This document shows, piece after piece, positions 61,271 to 64,000 of a DNA stretch of 64,000 nucleotides (positions are counted from its first letter, which is position 1; the number at the start of each line of letters is the position of its first letter). The notes below the pieces were generated by a model that made no database searches, was not told where the DNA came from, and was given only the letters and a program-made list of their open reading frames with translations. Source of the DNA: Octopus bimaculoides (taxonomy: Eukaryota); contig NC_068981.1 in NCBI RefSeq assembly GCF_001194135.2, forward strand, positions 40,778,965-40,842,964. Direction: 5' to 3'. Both the position numbers and the translations under genes were made by a program.

Positions 61271-63147
61271 CAGGGTGTCCATAAATTACCTTTGCAATTT
61301 GAAACATTCAGAAAAAATGAAAAATAAAGATAACTCAACAGAGTTTATTGGAAAGCATAGGCAAACAAATAAAGTTTTATTAGAAACATCAAGGCCAAGT
61401 GATTCTGCTTCCTCACTGAGTGAAAAGAGAGTACTCTTTAAGACATCCAGAGACTAAGCAAGAATAACTGCATCATCAGCAAAATCTAGATCAGTAATCC
61501 AAGTTTCACCAATGAGTTTACCACAACTCAATTGAGCCACCATTCAATCTATGCAGGCATTCAACAAAGTGGGAGAGAAGTTGGACCCCAGATCTAAATA
61601 GGAAAAAGTCAGATACTGAACCCCCAATCCAAACTGCACTGACTGTTCCAGTATACAAGGCTATCATCAACCCAACCGGTTGAGGAGATATACCTCACAG
61701 CTCCAGATTCCTCTAAAGCACATACCTATCCACTGAGTCAAACACTTTGCAGAGGTCAACATAGACTGAAAGTAGCCCTGCCAAAAGCTTCATTTGCATT
61801 TAACAAGTACACAAAGAGCCAGGATCCTGTCAGTTGTTGACCTCTTTTGGCATGAACCCTGACTGTTCCAACTACTGAGATGCAAGTCAATGATTTCACA
61901 CTCTGCTCAGGATGACCCTGGCAAAAACCTTACTGGGCATTGAGAGGAGTACAACAGCTCTATAGTTGTTGCAGTTGTAGAAGTCACCTTTGCCTTTCCA
62001 GTGGGGAATGCCTCTGATCCAGTCAGTCAGTATTGTGCCACTGCTCCAGATTGGGCAGATAATCTGCCACAAAAACAAGACTGCAGCAGGCCCACCTTTC
62101 TTGATCATTTCCCCATGGAAGCCACCTTCCTGCCTTTCAGCTGATTTACTGCCATACAAACCTTATCTTTGGATGGCAGATCACAGCTGACTGGCTGGTC
62201 AGTCACCAGTGCTGAAGGTATCATGGTATTCAGCTCAGTACTAGGTGGGTCAACTTAATACACTCAAACTACGATGCCCAGTGGGCTACCATCTTGGGTT
62301 CCTCCATCAGAAGTGTGCCATGAGAGTCTAAGACTTCAGTTCAGCAAGTGGGTGGCTTCATAGGATTAAGGGTTACCATTAGTTGGATTTCATATCCGAC
62401 TCTACTCAGATGCATCCTGTAACATGATTCCGGAGCACCAGCTCAGGCTGTTTGGCCATGTTGTTCAATTTTCTGAGTTAGACCCTACTTACCATGTTCT
62501 CTTTGCTAAAAGATCCAGTTGAGTTGACTGCTTGTGCTGGTTGACCACATGCCCATAGCAGATGAAGAGGTATCTTGCAGAGATGGAGACTGATTAGGAT
62601 TCTACTTGACAGGTCACCCAGGAGGACCCAGGGATATACAAATGGAGATTGCAGCAACACACTACAATGGTGCATTCCCCACACCTGACCTGAGAAATAT
62701 CAGAATACTGCCACATTGACTCCATTGGTTGCATACAACATGGCTAAATGATACTAAATGTCTAATCATCAGTGTTAGAGCATCCCCTCATCAATGTTGG
62801 GTATAACTTGATGTAACTTTTTCCTTGAGACTGCTGGGGTTTTGAACTTGTGTACAATAGACCTTGTCTTTAACGTAGCTCCATAAGAAGATTAGAGGGG
62901 TTATATCTGGTGACCTAGGTGACCAAGTAACTGGGCTTACTCTTCCAATCTACTAGTTTGGGTTAGGGTTAGTTTCATTAGGTTTCATTAAGAAACACTT
63001 GAACACTCACCCGCAAATGGGTGGCACATCATCTTGGAAAATTGCTGATTGCAAGTGGTACATTTAACATGCAAAGAAGTTGATTGATGGATCTTAACTT
63101 TAATAGATACAATAAATCGTGTAAGTTGTAAAGATAATTTATGGACA
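61271..63147 (-). mobile_element. Tc1/mariner element (rosa/maT-like WxPRSPDxTP motif), internally deleted, hosting an RTE insertion
   Basis: TA|CAGGGTGTCCATAAATTACC left end; 22/25 TIR match at 63123-63147; minus frames FQDD.PP / VFLNET / IGRVSPVTWSPRSPDITP / WSYVKDKVY / ATNGVNVAVF* (stop 62700-62702). Confidence 0.8.
61391..62692. mobile_element. RTE-clade LINE insertion with inverted 5' segment (61391-~62319, minus) and forward 3' end (~62320-62692, plus)
   Basis: Minus: WKGKGD..CNNYR, QSGFMPKRSTTDRILAL, YVDL.KVFDSVDR, TDLDFADDAVILA, EAESLGL. Plus: LHRIKGY, EHQLRLFGHV, terminal CCACACCTGACCTG. Confidence 0.85.
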
Positions 63148-63159
63148 TACATATACAGC

Positions 63160-63495
63160 TTACCAACCACATGGTTCCGAGTTCATTCCCACTGCGTGAC
63201 ACCTTGGGCAAATGTCTTCTACTATAGCCTCGGGCCAACCAAAGCCTTGTGAGTAGATTTGGTAGATGGAAACTGAAAGAAGCCCATCGTATATATGCAT
63301 ATGTATGTGTGTGTATATGTCTGTGTGTCGCTTGACAACTGATGGTGGTGTGTTTACGTTCTTGTAACTTAGCAGTTCAGCAAAAGAGACCGATAAAATA
63401 AGTACTAGGCTTCCAAAGAATAAGTCCTGGGGTCGGTTTGCTCGACTAAAAGGCAGTGCTCCAGCATGGCTGCAGTCAAATGACTGAAACAAGTA
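63160..63495 (+). mobile_element. SINE family B (slightly 5'-truncated, low divergence)
   Basis: Retains CpGs (CCTCGGGCC, GCTCGACTAA); complete 3' half. Confidence 0.8.
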
Positions 63496-63667
63496 CCTCA
63501 TTTTTGCAGTGATAGACAGGTCTTCTTGGGTACAGCAAATTACCAATTCTCTCGGTCCTTTGCCATCTCCTCCATGAAGTTCAGCATCTTCAGATTAACA
63601 TTCACTATTTCATCCCATGTTTAACAAGGTCTCATTCCTCCATAAGTTCCATCTATTTTAAGCAGTC

Positions 63668-64000
63668 GTGCCAGGTAAAAGCACTACTGATGCCTTATTT
63701 CTAGTGAGACAGTCGCAGGAGAAATACCTAGCTAAGGATAAACCTCTGTACCTGGCTTTCGTTGACATGGAGAAAGCCTTTGACAGGGTCCCCCGATCCC
63801 TTATCTGGTGGTCAATGAGGAAACTTGGGATAGAAGAATGGTTAGTGAGAGCTGTGCGAGCCATGTACAGAGATGCTGCCAGTAAGGTGAGGGTTGGAAA
63901 TGAGTACAGCAATGAATTCCGGGTAGAGGTAGGGGTCCACCAAGGTTCCGTCCTCAGCCCCCTCTTATTTATCATAGTCCTCCAGGCAATCACAGAGGAG
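63668..64000 (+). mobile_element. RTE-clade LINE reverse transcriptase, 5'-truncated, continuing past the window end
   Basis: 111 open codons: VPGKSTTDALF...LAFVDMEKAFDRVPR...GVHQGSVLSPLLFIIVLQAITEE. Confidence 0.9.

Noticed and set aside
63658-63993. Minus-strand ORFs 63658..63993, 11427..11783 and plus-strand 49661..49942
   Set aside because: Antisense shadows of RTE coding sequence

Overview
AT-rich, intron-rich metazoan genomic DNA, most likely an octopod cephalopod (inferred from the SINE/MITE repertoire, not confirmed by a search). The window holds two + strand protein-coding genes, reconstructed by hand from GT-AG splice sites and homology to the human proteins as I recall them. (1) The last 12 coding exons of EXOC5/Sec10 (1287..17310; 468 codons plus stop; the 5' part lies upstream of the window). 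(2) A complete 21-exon urocanate hydratase UROC1 (24937..60834; 2043 nt, 680 aa, every phase junction consistent). Introns and the intergenic spacer are packed with at least four SINE-like families, and many young copies retain target-site duplications (TSDs). Also present are RTE, RLE-type (R4/Dong-like), Penelope-like and Gypsy retroelement remnants; DD34D, DD37D and rosa-like Tc1/mariner remnants; hAT, piggyBac-type and Tigger-type MITEs; microsatellites; and 8 assembly gaps. I found no new protein-coding system. The most interesting signals are structural: an RTE LINE with a twin-priming-like 5' inversion nested in a mariner nested in a SINE, Penelope-type minimal hammerhead ribozyme relics, a TSD-flanked dimeric SINE, an expandable 62-bp hairpin minisatellite inside a SINE, recurrent tail-to-tail SINE pairs, and several near-perfect intronic hairpins. 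Repeat boundaries without a TSD or TIR are approximate.
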